From: Callorhinchus milii
Taxonomy: Eukaryota
Reading direction: 5' to 3'
DNA: 64,000 bases
Assembly (NCBI RefSeq): GCF_018977255.1
Contig: NW_024704768.1
Span: forward strand, 2,914,001 to 2,978,000
Under the pieces are notes generated by a model. That model was not told the DNA's origin. It was given only the letters and a program-made list of their open reading frames with translations, and did not search any database. This document shows, in pieces, positions 47,672 through 59,675 of the stretch (position 1 is the first letter of the stretch; each line of letters opens with the position of its first letter). The position numbers and the translations under genes were made by a program.

Positions 47672-47960
47672 CGAAGCACACTCTGGGGTCGCAGATACCC
47701 CCAAAGCGCACTCTGGGGTCGCAGATACCCCCAAAGCACACTCTGGGGTCGCAGATACCCCCAAAGCACACTCTGGGGTCGCAGATACCCCAAAGCGCAC
47801 TCTGGGGTCGCAGGTACCCTCAAAGCACACTCTGGGGTCGCAGATACCCCCAAAGCGCACTCTGGGGTCGCAGATACCCTCAAAGCACACTCTGGGGTCG
47901 CAGATACCCCCAAAGCACACTCTGGGGTCGCAGATACCCCCAAAGCACACTCTGGGGTCC
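47672..47960. repeat. 29-30 bp minisatellite (AAAGCACACTCTGGGGTCGCAGATACCCCC), about 9.5 copies, inside a dispersed repeat
   Basis: Head-to-tail units with no spacers; the flanks match the repeat at 54331 and 21435. Confidence 0.95.
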
Positions 47961-48183
47961 CCACACCTTGGTTCTTGCCAACCTGCGCCCTAATAAATTC
48001 TGGATTTCACATTGTAATTCCCTTATTATTACTACTATTACTACTGCTGCTGCTACTCCCATTATTATTATTATTATTATTATTATTGTCATTACTCTTT
48101 GGAAGGGGTGGGTCACTGCAATGTCGGCGTTGCGTGGAAATCCTCTCTCTCTCTCTCTCCCCCTCTGTACAGAGTGAGCCACA

Positions 48184-51100
48184 ATGCCGAAGAAGGCGAA
48201 GGCACCGAAAATGTCGAAGCTGTCAAGGATGACTGAGGAGGAGAGGCTCCTGTACATGCAGGAGAAACAGCTGGAGGAGGATGAGCTGAAGAAGAGGAAA
48301 GAGGACATGTTGGCTCAATTCCTAAAGGTGCGTGTGCACTTTGCTTCAGGCGTCAATTTAGTAATAGTAATAATCATAGTAATAGTAATAATCCCGGCAT
48401 TTGACACAGCGCCTGATCACGTCTTCGAGACCTCTCAAAGCGCTTCGCAGAATACACTTTACAAAGTGTGGTGACTGCGTATTTTGCGGGCAAAACGCGG
48501 CAGCCAACTGCGCACAGCGGCGTCCCCCACACAAACAGTCGTGCGTTGAAGTGACCAATTTTATTATTATTTATTTTGAAGGAATTATTACCCCCGGAAA
48601 AGCGATCCGCCAATCGACTGACAACCGGGTTCCTCCTTACCGCTGGGAAACTTGCCCAAAGTTTCACCGTGACCCGCCCGGGAATCGAACCCGGGTCCTC
48701 TCGCTTGCAAGGCGAGCGCTCTAACCACTGAGCTGCAGGGCTCCACGTGTTTAGCGCCTTATCACATCTCAAAGCCCTTCACAGAATATACTATAAAGCG
48801 CATTAACCGTATATTTGTAGGCGAAACCCGGAGGCCAATTGCGCGCAGCGACGTCCCCGCAAATAGCCGTGATGCTACTTGTGACCAATTAATTATGATT
48901 TTAACTTTATTTCAATTTGAAGTTTGGGTTGAGAAGCAACAACAACAACAACAACTTGCCTTTACGTGGCACCCTTCACCCCAAACGGCAGCTCAGAGCG
49001 TTTTATTTACTCCCAACGCGAAAGGCACTTAACACGGATGTAAATTTGTCGTCGTCGTTGTAGCCTGGGCTGTGCTCTTCTCCTGCAGGACAAACTGTCC
49101 AAGGAGGAGCGCAACACTCACCTGAACATGTGGAAGCTGAACGAGAAGTGGCGTGCTGTGATGCGGAGATCGAAAGCCTCAGAACTGCAGAAAGACATCG
49201 CGATCTTGAGCCAGACCTTCGAAAGAGTCGCGGATCGGAAAAACAGCATCATCAGGGTACGAGGAATTGCCTTTTGTCTCGGGAGGAAAAACAGCGACTG
49301 AGCATTGATGGAGAAGTAGAAATATTTGTTTTAAAAAAATCTATTCTAAGAATAATCCGTGCTGATTAGTGAATTGACTGTGTATTTTGCGGGCGAAACG
49401 GGGCAGACGGTTGCTTATCGTTCCGGGGAACGCGGGTTGCTGACATTAATTATTATTATTATTATTATTGCTGTACCTTTGGGCCAGGCTTTGATAAAGG
49501 ATTTGGCGGAATCGGAGGAGCAGTACGCAGCACACCTTCGCAATCACGCACAGAACGTGGACAGGATGATAAACATGCAGTGGGAGAGGCTGCAGGTTTT
49601 AGATGACGAGTTCACATCAGAGGTGGACACCCTGAAGAAAGAGTTCGAATCCGAGGGGTGAGTGCCCCATTCTGCTTACCCAGCCGTCAGCAGGAAGCCG
49701 GTCGTTAGTCGATTGGCGGACCGCTTTTCCGGGGGGGTGGGGGCTGGGGGGGGGGGTTAATAATCCTTTCAAAATAAACAATAATAATTTGGTCACTCAA
49801 CCTCAACCAGACACACAGACACAAAGCAAGATAATACTACTACTACTAATAATAATAACCTTTGCATTTGATAGAGCGCCTGAGACGTCTGAAAGTGCTT
49901 CACAGACTGTATCGGGAAAGTGGATTGACCGTGCATTTGGTGGGCGCAACGCGGCAGCCCGTTGCGCACACAGCAGCGTCCCCGCAAAGAGTCGTTGATT
50001 AAGCGACCCACTTTTAATTTTTATTATTACCACCGGAAAGCGATCTCCGCCGATCGACTTAACAGCAGAGCCTAAACCGTTTCGGTGATTATTCTTGTTC
50101 CCCTCTCTGCGTCCCCGACAGGCACGAGTTTTCTGACCTACAAGAAACGGAGATGACCAACTTGGAGGATATCACGTACGCGATGGACCAGATGTTTGGC
50201 GAGATCGCAAACGAGGCGAGGCAAGAGTTCAACAGCACGAAAGACGACCTCAAAAACAGGGTAAGGCCGTGCGGTGACCGGACTGATTCAGGATAGACAG
50301 TCAGCTCACCACAAACAGGGTGATAGAAAATGTCCCTCACCAGACAATGTTCTGAGTAATGTCTGTAGTCTAAACGCAACCTTCAGTGTACAGGACAACC
50401 CAGTTATTACCTCTCCTCCTCCTCCACCATTGGCCTTCAGCCTCTCTGCCCCCACCCTCTGGAAATCCATCTCACAGTCCCTCCGCCTCACAACCCCCCC
50501 CCCCACCCCCACTTCAAGACCCTCCTCTTCGACTGCGCCTTCGGTCGCCCTCCTACCCCTTACCCTCCCCGCCCTCCACCCTCTCCTGATCCCAGACTGC
50601 CCAGCGCCTTGGGACGTCCTCCTGACGTGAAAGGCGCCACGTCAACGTCAGGTGGGTGTCGTTTATCGTGCTGGTGACCCACCCTAACACGGTACACCCG
50701 GCTACTTTTGGTGCTGGCCAGCTGGCTCACCGCCCTGTTGCCTTCCACCAACTGAGCCGAGCTGACATTGCCCGTCATCGCCAATGCAACCGCCCACCCG
50801 GCCCTCGTGTTGTGTTCAGAGCCTGGAGGAGAAGCACTCGCTGCGGGTACAGCTGGAGGGGGAGGTGGAGGACCTGTGGCAACAATTCCAATACGTCATG
50901 AAGTTGTACAACGAGGCGACCGAGGAACAGAAATCCGCTTTCGAGCTGCTGAAGGAGAGGGACGAGAAGAGCGCCAAAGAGATCGAGAGGCAGATGAAAA
51001 AGCTGCAGAGAATCCAGGTAAATCCCAACATCTTTCTCTCCCGCGTACTCGATTTAACCGTAAAAGTAGTGGCTTATAAGCGAGCGGGCCCGGGCTCGAT

Positions 51101-53241
51101 TCCCCGGGCGGGGCGAAACCCCAGCCTAGTTTCCTTTATGCGGCGGACGCCGCCGTGCGCGATCGGCTGCCGCGTTTCCCCCACGAATCGTCCAGTGGAT
51201 TCACTTTCAGCCTCGATCGAACAGAGTGGCGGAGCAGGCTCGAGGGGGCTCCTCCAGCTCCTGTAGCCCCGCGCGTTCTCAGAACGAATGTCTAAAGCTA
51301 ACCAGAGATGTCGCTCGCCCTCCTACCCCCCCCCCACCCCCCACACCGCCCCCTCACCCGCCCCGCCCTGCCCTCCACCCCCTCCCGATCCCAACCGCTG
51401 GGTAAACATCGTGCGTTGTTGCGGCTGCTTCGTAGGACACGATTACCCTGCTGCGGATCAAGTTGGCAGCCAACGCCCGGGAGTGCCAGGAAAAGAACAA
51501 GAAACTCCGAGAGGAGAAGGCCACCATTAAGCAACACTTCCAGACGCAGAAGAACCACATGAAGCAGCTGCAGACCAACGAGCGAGAGCGGCTCATGAAG
51601 CTAACACTGGAGAGCAACGCTGCCCTCAAAACACTGGGAAAAATCTGCAAACAGGTAACCGAGGGAGTCACCGAGCGCTCGATCCACCCCAGGTAGTCGG
51701 GCACTGGATAATAATTAATCATCAATCAGAAACGATTGATTAATACTAATTTAATAATAATGATGATGAATAACCATTGCGTTTGACACAGCGCCTTATC
51801 ACGTCGTTGAGACGTCTCAAAGCCTTTCGCAGGATACACCATAAAGTGGATCGATGGTACATTTGCGCAGCCAACTGTCCCACAGTCTTGGGAGTGAGTG
51901 AGGGGGGGGATTTGAAAGTGGGGCGGGAGGGGGGGGGGAAAGGCGGAGGGAATGAGAGAGAACCTAAAGACCTTCCTTTTGAAAGCGCTTAAGGTCACCC
52001 CCCCACCTCCCTCTCCCCCCTGGCTCGGTGTCAGACTCCCGTCAATGTCGAGCTCTCCGGGACTCTTATGCTGTGAAGAATGCAAGTTGTTGTTGTTGGA
52101 CGAGTTCTTAGGAATGTGTAAGGGCCCAAACGGTGTTTATTTGAAGCGGTGTAACCTTCCTTCGATGTGTTCCAAGGGGGAACATGTGCTGAAAGTGGCT
52201 GAGATGTGCAGGAAGCTGGAGACTGAAGAGGAGAAAATACTCCCGTTCTATGCTTCGTCTCTGACGTCAGAAGACCAGGACCGAGTTCGGAACATGATGC
52301 TGAGGAAGACGAAGGAACCATTTGCTATGGTACGTGTTGGTTAGGCTCTTCCTTACACTTGATCTTCTAAGACCTTACGGGGAGCCCTGTAGCTCAGTGG
52401 TTAGAGCCCTCGCCTCGCAAGCGAGAGGACCTGGCTTCAGTTCTTGGGCAGGGCAAAACTCTGGACAAGTTTCCTTACTCCCGCACAAGGAGTAAGGAAA
52501 CTGTTTACTTAGCAGTTTTTTTTTTAGATAATTGGGGTAGCTGAAAAATAAGACGTTTTGATCACCGTGTATATCGTGAGTTGGTGGCTTGAGGTCAAAG
52601 TTGGGCTGTTGGTTAATTCCCTTGGTTGAGCGTGTTCCCGGCTGGAACCACAGATGAAATGGGAGATAAAAAGGTGTTAGCTGTTTCTGGATTCACTGAA
52701 GAGGATGACTGGGGCTAGATCTCACGGGAGAGAGAATTTGTTCCAGATTTCTTTGGTGCGAGTTTGTCCCGCACCCAACCGCACGCGACCGTTCTGGATT
52801 CAACACAACGTGATCGTTCTAGATTTGACATGGTGTGGTTGTTCTGGATTTAGCATAGTGTGATTGCTCCAGGTTTGACAGTGTTTGTTCCAGGTATCAT
52901 TGGGTTTTTTTTATTCCCCCCCTCCTCTCTCTTTTAAGCTGGATCTGGACTACATGGGCCTCGAATGCTTCTGGAAGCGTTACAACAAGGTACAGCTGGA
53001 GCAGATGACTCTGAATCAGGAGAAGCGAGTGTTGCAGCAGGAGAACGTCCACCTCCGGCAGCTCCTGAAACAATACCTCGACGGCATCTCGGTTAACGAA
53101 GAGATCCTCTCGAACCTCAACTCCCTCATCGTCATCAACAACAAGACCATGAAGATGAACGTGCCTGTGATGGAGACCAGGGTCGCCAAACCCGTGTGTA
53201 ACATGATCGAGGCCGCACACATCTTCAATCACATCCCCTAG
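48184..53241 (+). CDS. CCDC65: Dynein regulatory complex subunit 2 (CCDC65/DRC2), 497 aa
   Basis: Exons 48184-48327 ([23 protein letters not shown]), 49089-49256 ([19 protein letters not shown]), 49488-49657 ([12 protein letters not shown]), 50122-50260, 50820-51017 ([18 protein letters not shown]), 51436-51654, 52177-52329 ([22 protein letters not shown]) and 52939-53241 ([22 protein letters not shown]). All in phase. AATAAA at 53455. Adjacent to FKBP11, as in human. Confidence 0.94.
48360..48746 (-). mobile_element. Full-length tRNA-derived SINE in a CCDC65 intron
   Basis: Head, body and tail on the minus strand. Confidence 0.85.
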
Positions 53242-53687
53242 CCTCCTCCGGTCAGCAGCCAACAGACCATCCGATAAGCACACATATCACCTCTATTCGC
53301 GCTGTTGTCTCGTCTTGTCGACGTGGGACGTCCCCGCGTGTTTTTAAACCACCTGAAAACTCTTGAGAGTAAACCACCAAGTTATCTGCCTGCGTGGCTG
53401 AGTGTCCGATGGACCGTGTAATCAATCAATCAGAAGGTCCAGAGGGGAATTATCAATAAATGCAAACTATTGTTACTTTGGATTTTTTTTTAAAACACAA
53501 GTTTTCCCGAACAGGACCGGACTGAATGGCAGTTTCAACTGTCGTTCGACTGAACCTTTCTTTTATTGAAAAACCCACCAAAGCAAACTAGGTCACGTTT
53601 ATGGGAGGGGGAGGGTTGGGGTGGGGTGGGGTGGGGGAGGGTTGGGGTGGGGTGGGGTGGGGGAGGTTTGGGGGGAAACACACACAT

Positions 53688-56600
53688 TTATTTCTTTTTT
53701 AATTTGCTCCTCTTCTCCTCTTTGAGTTTCTTTTTCGAGACTTTGGTGGCAGTGGCTTTTGTGTAGAGGTAGTAAGCGATCAGGCACAGGAGACCGGGGA
53801 TCAGCACAATGGAAGCCAAGGGCACAACTTCATTCAGCTTCTTTTTCCAGTACGTCTGCTTCAACAGAGACACCAGTTCAACCTCGAACACCAACGCAGC
53901 ATCTCCTGAAACGCACAGCAGTCATAATTTAAAGCCACCTTCGTGTCTTCCTCCTTAGTCAGGGGGTGGGGAGGTAAAGTGGGGGGTCTCCTCGGAGCTG
54001 AACTGGCTCCAAGGTGACCTGCCTGGCAAGGGGATGTGGGGATCGAGCCCCACTTCCCCTCTGTAACGGTCTCTAGTCCCCGGTTCCTGAGCCAGGAGGG
54101 GCCGCAATGTCCCAGGGCACTCACTGCTGATGGCAGCACAGTCCGGCCCGGCTCATCCATCGGCAGAACCTGGAAGGGCCGACCAGTCACTGGGGGCAGG
54201 GAATCCTTCCCCTCGGCTCCCGTTCACCCCACAGCCAAAGCCCTGACTACCTAACTAACGGGGCGGGTGGTCCGAGCTGGACCAGCAGCGGGAAAGCTTA
54301 GCCAGACAGCGCTCTCTCAATGGCCGAGCTACGTGTGGGTTTAGCTGGTTAGACTCCAGCAGTTACCCCAACGCAGCTTTGGCTCTTGCCAACCTGCGCC
54401 TAATACTCTCCGGAATTAGGTAAGCAGTGGCGGGAGGGACACGGGGGGGCGTCCCTCCGGGGGGAGAGAGAGAGAGAGAGTGCATTCCATTCCGACAATC
54501 TGTCTCTGGAGTTTCCATGTGTAGGTGGGATGCGGGGAATTCTCAGTTGGGTTTGGAGACTCTTAAGCAACGGTGATGGGTTTCCGCGGGTGTCAAGACA
54601 GCCGCCTGACCCTCTCCCCCCACCCCCCCCCCCCCCACCCACCCCAAAAAGAAATCATGGATCTCAGGCCAAAACCACCTCCTCCGCTGACAACAGAAGC
54701 AAACACTTGCCTGGGATAGACGGCGGAAGGCCTCGCTTGCCGTAGGCCAGGTGAGATGGAATCATTAATCTCCTCTTCTCCCTGCAAGTTAACAAAAGAC
54801 CGACCGTGAACTTCCCTCGGTTCTTTCCTCCCCTCGTCGGAGCCGACGTCAGCCGCGCACGCTTTACACGGCGCCGTTTTCTTTTTGGGCTGGAGAACGT
54901 CTCGAAGCTCCCCGCCGCCGTGAGAGTCACCCACAAAATACACAGTCGCCGCGCTTTACCGCCCGTCCTGGTGAAGCGCTTCGAGACGTCTCGAAGACCA
55001 CGCGACGAGGCGCCGGGTCAACTGTGAGGATTGCTATTAACTTACCCGGTGCACATGTCCAGAAGGCCTTGCTCCAAGCCTGCGAAGGGGAAATAAAGTC
55101 GGGTGAATACCTTTCGGAAACCGCTCCTACGGTCCAGACACGTGAGGAGCAGAGCTCGAAGGTTACAATACAATACGACATTTACGCAGCAACTTTCACG
55201 CTGTCTAATAATAAATAAGAAGCCTCGCATTTGACGCAGCGCCTCATCGGGTCTTCGAGACGTCTCAAAGCGCTTCACGGGAGACGCTCCATCGTGAGTT
55301 GTCTGTATTATTTTGTGGGCGAAACGCTCCGGTGTTCCTCTGCTTAAAAACTTTTTTTTTGTCCATCCCCTTTCTTGGAGGTCTTTTGACCCCCGCTCGA
55401 GCCGGCGGGCAGACAGAACCGTCTTCCTCGAGCGCCTTGGGACGTCCTCCCGACGTGAAAGGCGCAATTTTGTTGTGGCGTCGAACGTGCGTTCGGGCGA
55501 CTGAGAGCAAGTCATCTGTTCGTCTTGGGAACCAAGCAATAATAATAATAATAATAATAATAAGTATATAGTTTTTGGGGGACACAAAATGTCAAAGCGG
55601 CTGCCAGGATGGTGGAAGGTCTCCTTTTCGCCCGGCAAACTGTTATGTTCCTATGTTCAATCCTTTCTAACTGTGTTCCGTGGGCAGTGTTTCCGATAAT
55701 GTTTCATTCTGTGAGTGTTTCTTTTTATGTATTTTTTTACCTGGGATAACCTGCTTTCTCCCCAGTTGAACATCCAAGGGATCGCGCACCAAAGAGTTAT
55801 CAAACATGGTCCCATCATCCAGCCTCCCCTGAGACAGACAGACAGACAGACAGACGGTCAAGGAAAAATAATAATAATAATAATAATCCTGGTGCTTGAT
55901 ACAGCGCCTTATCACATCGTTGTGGCATCTCACAGCGCTCCACAGAACGTGGAATTGACTGTACATTTTGTGGGCGAAACGCGACAGCCAATTGCGCACA
56001 GCGACATCCCCACAAACAGTCGTGGATTGAGTGACCCGATGTTTTTTTTTTTTTTTTTTGGAGGGATTATTACCCCCCGGAATGCGATCCCCCCCCAATC
56101 GACTACCAACAGCCGCGTGGAGTATGGAAACTCGCCCCAATGCTTCGCCCTGACCCGGGAATCCAACCACGGGGAAGGGTTTCTACCTGCGTCACGACCC
56201 TCAGGCGGACCGACCGTGCGGAGCGGTGGGAGCGGACAGACTTGTAAGGGGAAAGTGTCTCATTTCAGGCATTTCCGCCTTTTCCACCTCTCCGTCGACT
56301 GACGTGGAGATTTAGCGAAGAGTGCGCACAGATGTGCTGCTCCCAGACTCCGCTCTGTGTGATCGATTGCTGGGGGTGGGGTGAAGGTGTGTGTGTGTGT
56401 GCGGCGGGTTGTGGGGAGGGGGAAATAACAATAATAATAATCCTCGCATTTGACACAGCGCCTGATCACATCGTCGAGACGTCTCAAAGCGCTTCACAGG
56501 ATACGCTGTACCGTGTAGTGACTGTGTATTTCGCGGGGCCACACGACCCATCCCTGAGCCCTATTTCCCTTTCCAGCGCTGCGTTGTCAGGCGGTCACTT

Positions 56601-57953
56601 TCCATTTTATGTCGACGGCAACGCCACCTATTTTGTCTTTTTAAAAAAAAAACATCGACTCCCTCCCGCCAACTGCCGGCCGCATCCGCCTACAGAATAC
56701 ACAGTCACTACACTTCGCAGCGAAATCCTTTTTCCAAGCGCTTTCGAGATGGTTCCAAGCCGAGGGGTGAGGATCATCGCTGTAAACAACACCAATAAAA
56801 ATAATAATACTAATAACAACATTATCGCGTCTTCGAGAACGTCTCACAGTCAAAAGGGTCGAAGCCAAAGAAAGTAACTGTTCCTCCCCATCGGGAAAAA
56901 AAAATAACCGGCAATAGTAGTCGGTTTTTTTTTTCGTGTCGCGGGAATTGCTGCAATTATTATCATATTATCGAGTCACAAACGTGTAGTGAGGCTATTT
57001 CCGGGACCCTCGCGAGTGCGAGCGGTTGCGGTGTTTGATCCCTTGAGGTTTCAAAGGGGATATATATCTGAAGATCTTTCTCAACCCATCGCAAGGAACT
57101 GCTGACGTGTTCCTCACTGCGTGTCCTTCGAGTCGGGCGCAGAACCACAGCTGTTAAGCACTATTTTTTTTGCAACCGAACAAAATTCTTCCCCGAATAC
57201 ACACACTCACTCTCACACTCCACTCACTCACTCACACACACTCACTCACTCTCACACAGATCTTGGACTTACAGTGTAGTGGATTTTCAGGTTGTCCCCC
57301 ATTGCAGAATACTCTGAACACTGACCAGGTTTCAGCTGTTTAGAAACACAGGAAAACCATAACGTTAATGATTTGCAGCTACAGACATAATGCACTCACA
57401 CACTCACACACTTACAGACACACTCACACACTTACAGACACACACACACACACACTCACACACTTACAGACACACTCACACACTTACAGACACACTCACA
57501 CACAGACACACACACACACACTTACAGACACACACTCTTATACTCACACACTCTTAGACACACACTCACACACACTGAAACACACACACATTACACACAC
57601 ACACACACACCCAAACACACACAGTGACACATACCCCTCTCACTCTCACACTCACACACACACACACACACACACTCAGACACTCACACTCAAGATACAC
57701 AGAGAAAGAGAGAGAGAGAGGGAGAGTCAGGACACAAACTGCATTCCATCAACCAGTGGGAAACTGCTCACAAAAGGGGTTTGAACATCTGGAAATGACT
57801 GTCCTTCCCTTCCTTCCTTCTTCCCTTCCTTCCTTCCTTCCTTACCAGCACTTCCACGTGTAGCTTTGCCTCTCTCTCCCCCTCTTGTTGGCTGTTACTT
57901 CCATCCCATGAGACCAGGAGCAGTGCAATGAGGAGCCTCTCAGCCCCAGACAT
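53688..57953 (-). CDS. FKBP11: Peptidyl-prolyl isomerase FKBP11 (ER type I membrane FKBP), 193 aa
   Basis: Exons 57953-57846 (signal peptide MSGAERLLIALLLVSW..LHVEVL), 57335-57273 (C..AMGDNLKIHYT), 55828-55741 (GRLDDGTMFDNSLVRDPLDVQLGRKQVIP), 55079-55046 (GLEQGLLDMCT), 54781-54711 (GEKRRLMIPSHLAYGKRGLPPSIP; GC donor) and 53905-53688 (GDAALVFEVEL..TM helix..KVSKKKLKEEKRSKLKKK*). Minus-strand AATAAA at 53562-53567. Confidence 0.95.
54331..54483 (+). mobile_element. Unclassified dispersed repeat, copy 3 of 3
   Basis: gtgtgggtttagctggttagactccagcagttacccc..ttggctcttgccaacctgcgcctaatactctccggaattaggtaagc..(ga)n. Confidence 0.7.
57395..57722. repeat. (CA)n-derived compound satellite in FKBP11 intron
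   Basis: Directly visible. Confidence 0.9.
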
Positions 57954-58954
57954 GGCCAAAAGGGGGGACCTCAGATGGACTTGTGGGACTGAAGGGCAGC
58001 AAAAGGGAACACACTTCTTTGTCTCCCAAACTCTGTTCCCAAGAAAGTCAGAGAAAAAGAGAGAAAAGCAAAGCTTCCTCACCCCCACACACCCTCCCAA
58101 AAAAAACCTGCCCCAAGTTTCTGTTGTCTCAATGCTGCCTCCTTGCCCCAGACAACTGTTATTGCACAAACTCACCCCCATTGCAACTCACGACGTCCCC
58201 TCCAAATAATAAGGATAAATGATGTTAATCATAAGTAAATCGACGGCGCTAATTCTGATAATAATCCCGGCCTTTGACATCGCGTCGTCGAGGCACTCCC
58301 AACGTGTGGTGAAAGTGCAAGTGGGGCTGTGCCCGCGTCGGGGGCCAAAAGCGGGAGCCGATTTGCCCCCAAACCGACGTGAAAGGCGCTGTGGACGTGT
58401 AACCGCGTCGTCGTTGTCGTCGTCGTCGTCGTCGTTGTTGTCGCCGCCGCCGCCGTCGCCGGCCACGAGTGAACCGGACCCGCGGCTCTCGACACAGCTC
58501 CGCGCGGGACCTCTTCGGGGTTTGGACTTAAGTCGTCGCTGCAAATCGGACGCTTGAGAGCAAAGAGAGGGGGTGGGGGTTGGGGGGGGGGGGGGGAGCG
58601 CGAAAAGGAGATGGAGCGACGCTGAGCTGAACCGTTTCTTCTTCTTTGCCGGGAGAGGAAATAGTCCGAGTCACGGACGGATAACCCCCAAAGGTTATCC
58701 TGGGATTACGGATTATGCTCAAAAGGAGAGGGCCACCCTCCACGGGGGGGGGGGGGGGGTTGAGGGGGGCGTGGGGGTGGGGGGGGGTATTCAGGACGTT
58801 CAAGTCTAATTTAAAATGGCCTTAAATGTATTTATTTTGGGGCTTTGTTTTTTCATTTTATTTTTTTATTTTGTTTTTATGGTTTATTGTTTAACAGCGC
58901 TCCACGAAACCGGAGCTGTTTATGTGCAATGTTTTTTGTTGGAACAAGAATTTC

Positions 58955-59220
58955 TCCCTCACCCCTCTTTTCCCCCCTCCCTCACCCCTCTATTCCCCCC
59001 TCCCTCAACCCTCTATTCCCCCCTCTCCCTCACCCCTCTATTCCCCCCTCCCTCACCCCTCTATCCCCCTCCCCCTCTATCCCCTCCCTCACCCCTCTAT
59101 TCCCCCCTCCCTCACCCCTCTAATCCCCCTCCCTCACCCCTCTATCCCCTCCCTCACCCCTCTATTCCTCCCTCACCCCTCTATCCCCCTCCCTCACGCC
59201 TCTATTCCCCCCTCTCCCTC
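58955..59220. repeat. About 23-bp minisatellite CCCTCACCCCTCTATTCCCCCCT
   Basis: Directly visible. Confidence 0.9.
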
Positions 59221-59289
59221 ATGACTGCATCATCCAGTTGAAGTTTCTTGCTGGTTCAAGACCTTCCTCTTTGACTGTGCCTTCGGTCA

Positions 59290-59675
59290 CCCTCCCGCCC
59301 CGTCTCCCTCGCCCTCCCGCCCCGTCTCCCTCGCCCTCCCGCCCCGTCTCCCTCGCCCTCCCGCCCCGTCTCCCTCGCCCTCCCGCCCCGTCTCCCTCGC
59401 CCTCCCGCCCCGTCTCCCTCGCCCTCCCGCCCCGTCTCCCTCGCCCTCCCGCCCCGTCTCCCTCGCCCTCCCGCCCCGTCTCCCTCGCCCTCCCGCCCCG
59501 TCTCCCTCGCCCTCCCGCCCCGTCTCCCTCGCCCTCCGCCCCGTCTCCCTCGCCCTCCCGCCCCGTCTCCCTCGCCCTCCCGCCCCGTCTCCCTCGCCCT
59601 CCCGCCCCGTCTCCCTCGCCCTCCCGCCCCGTCTCCCTCGCCCTCCCGCCCCGTCTCCCTCGCCCTCCCGCCCCT
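59290..59675. repeat. 22-bp minisatellite CCGCCCCGTCTCCCTCGCCCTC, about 17 near-identical copies, inside an L2 tail
   Basis: Follows the L2 motif ttcaagaccttcctctttgactgtgccttcggtcacc. Confidence 0.95.

Noticed and set aside
46673-47950. 425-aa minus-strand ORF with GICDPRVCF repeats
   Set aside because: Translation of two adjacent satellites; no homology or coding signal.
47672-47960. CRISPR-like array of ~30-bp repeats
   Set aside because: Units are head-to-tail with no unique spacers, there are no cas genes, and it lies in a eukaryotic intron; it is a minisatellite.
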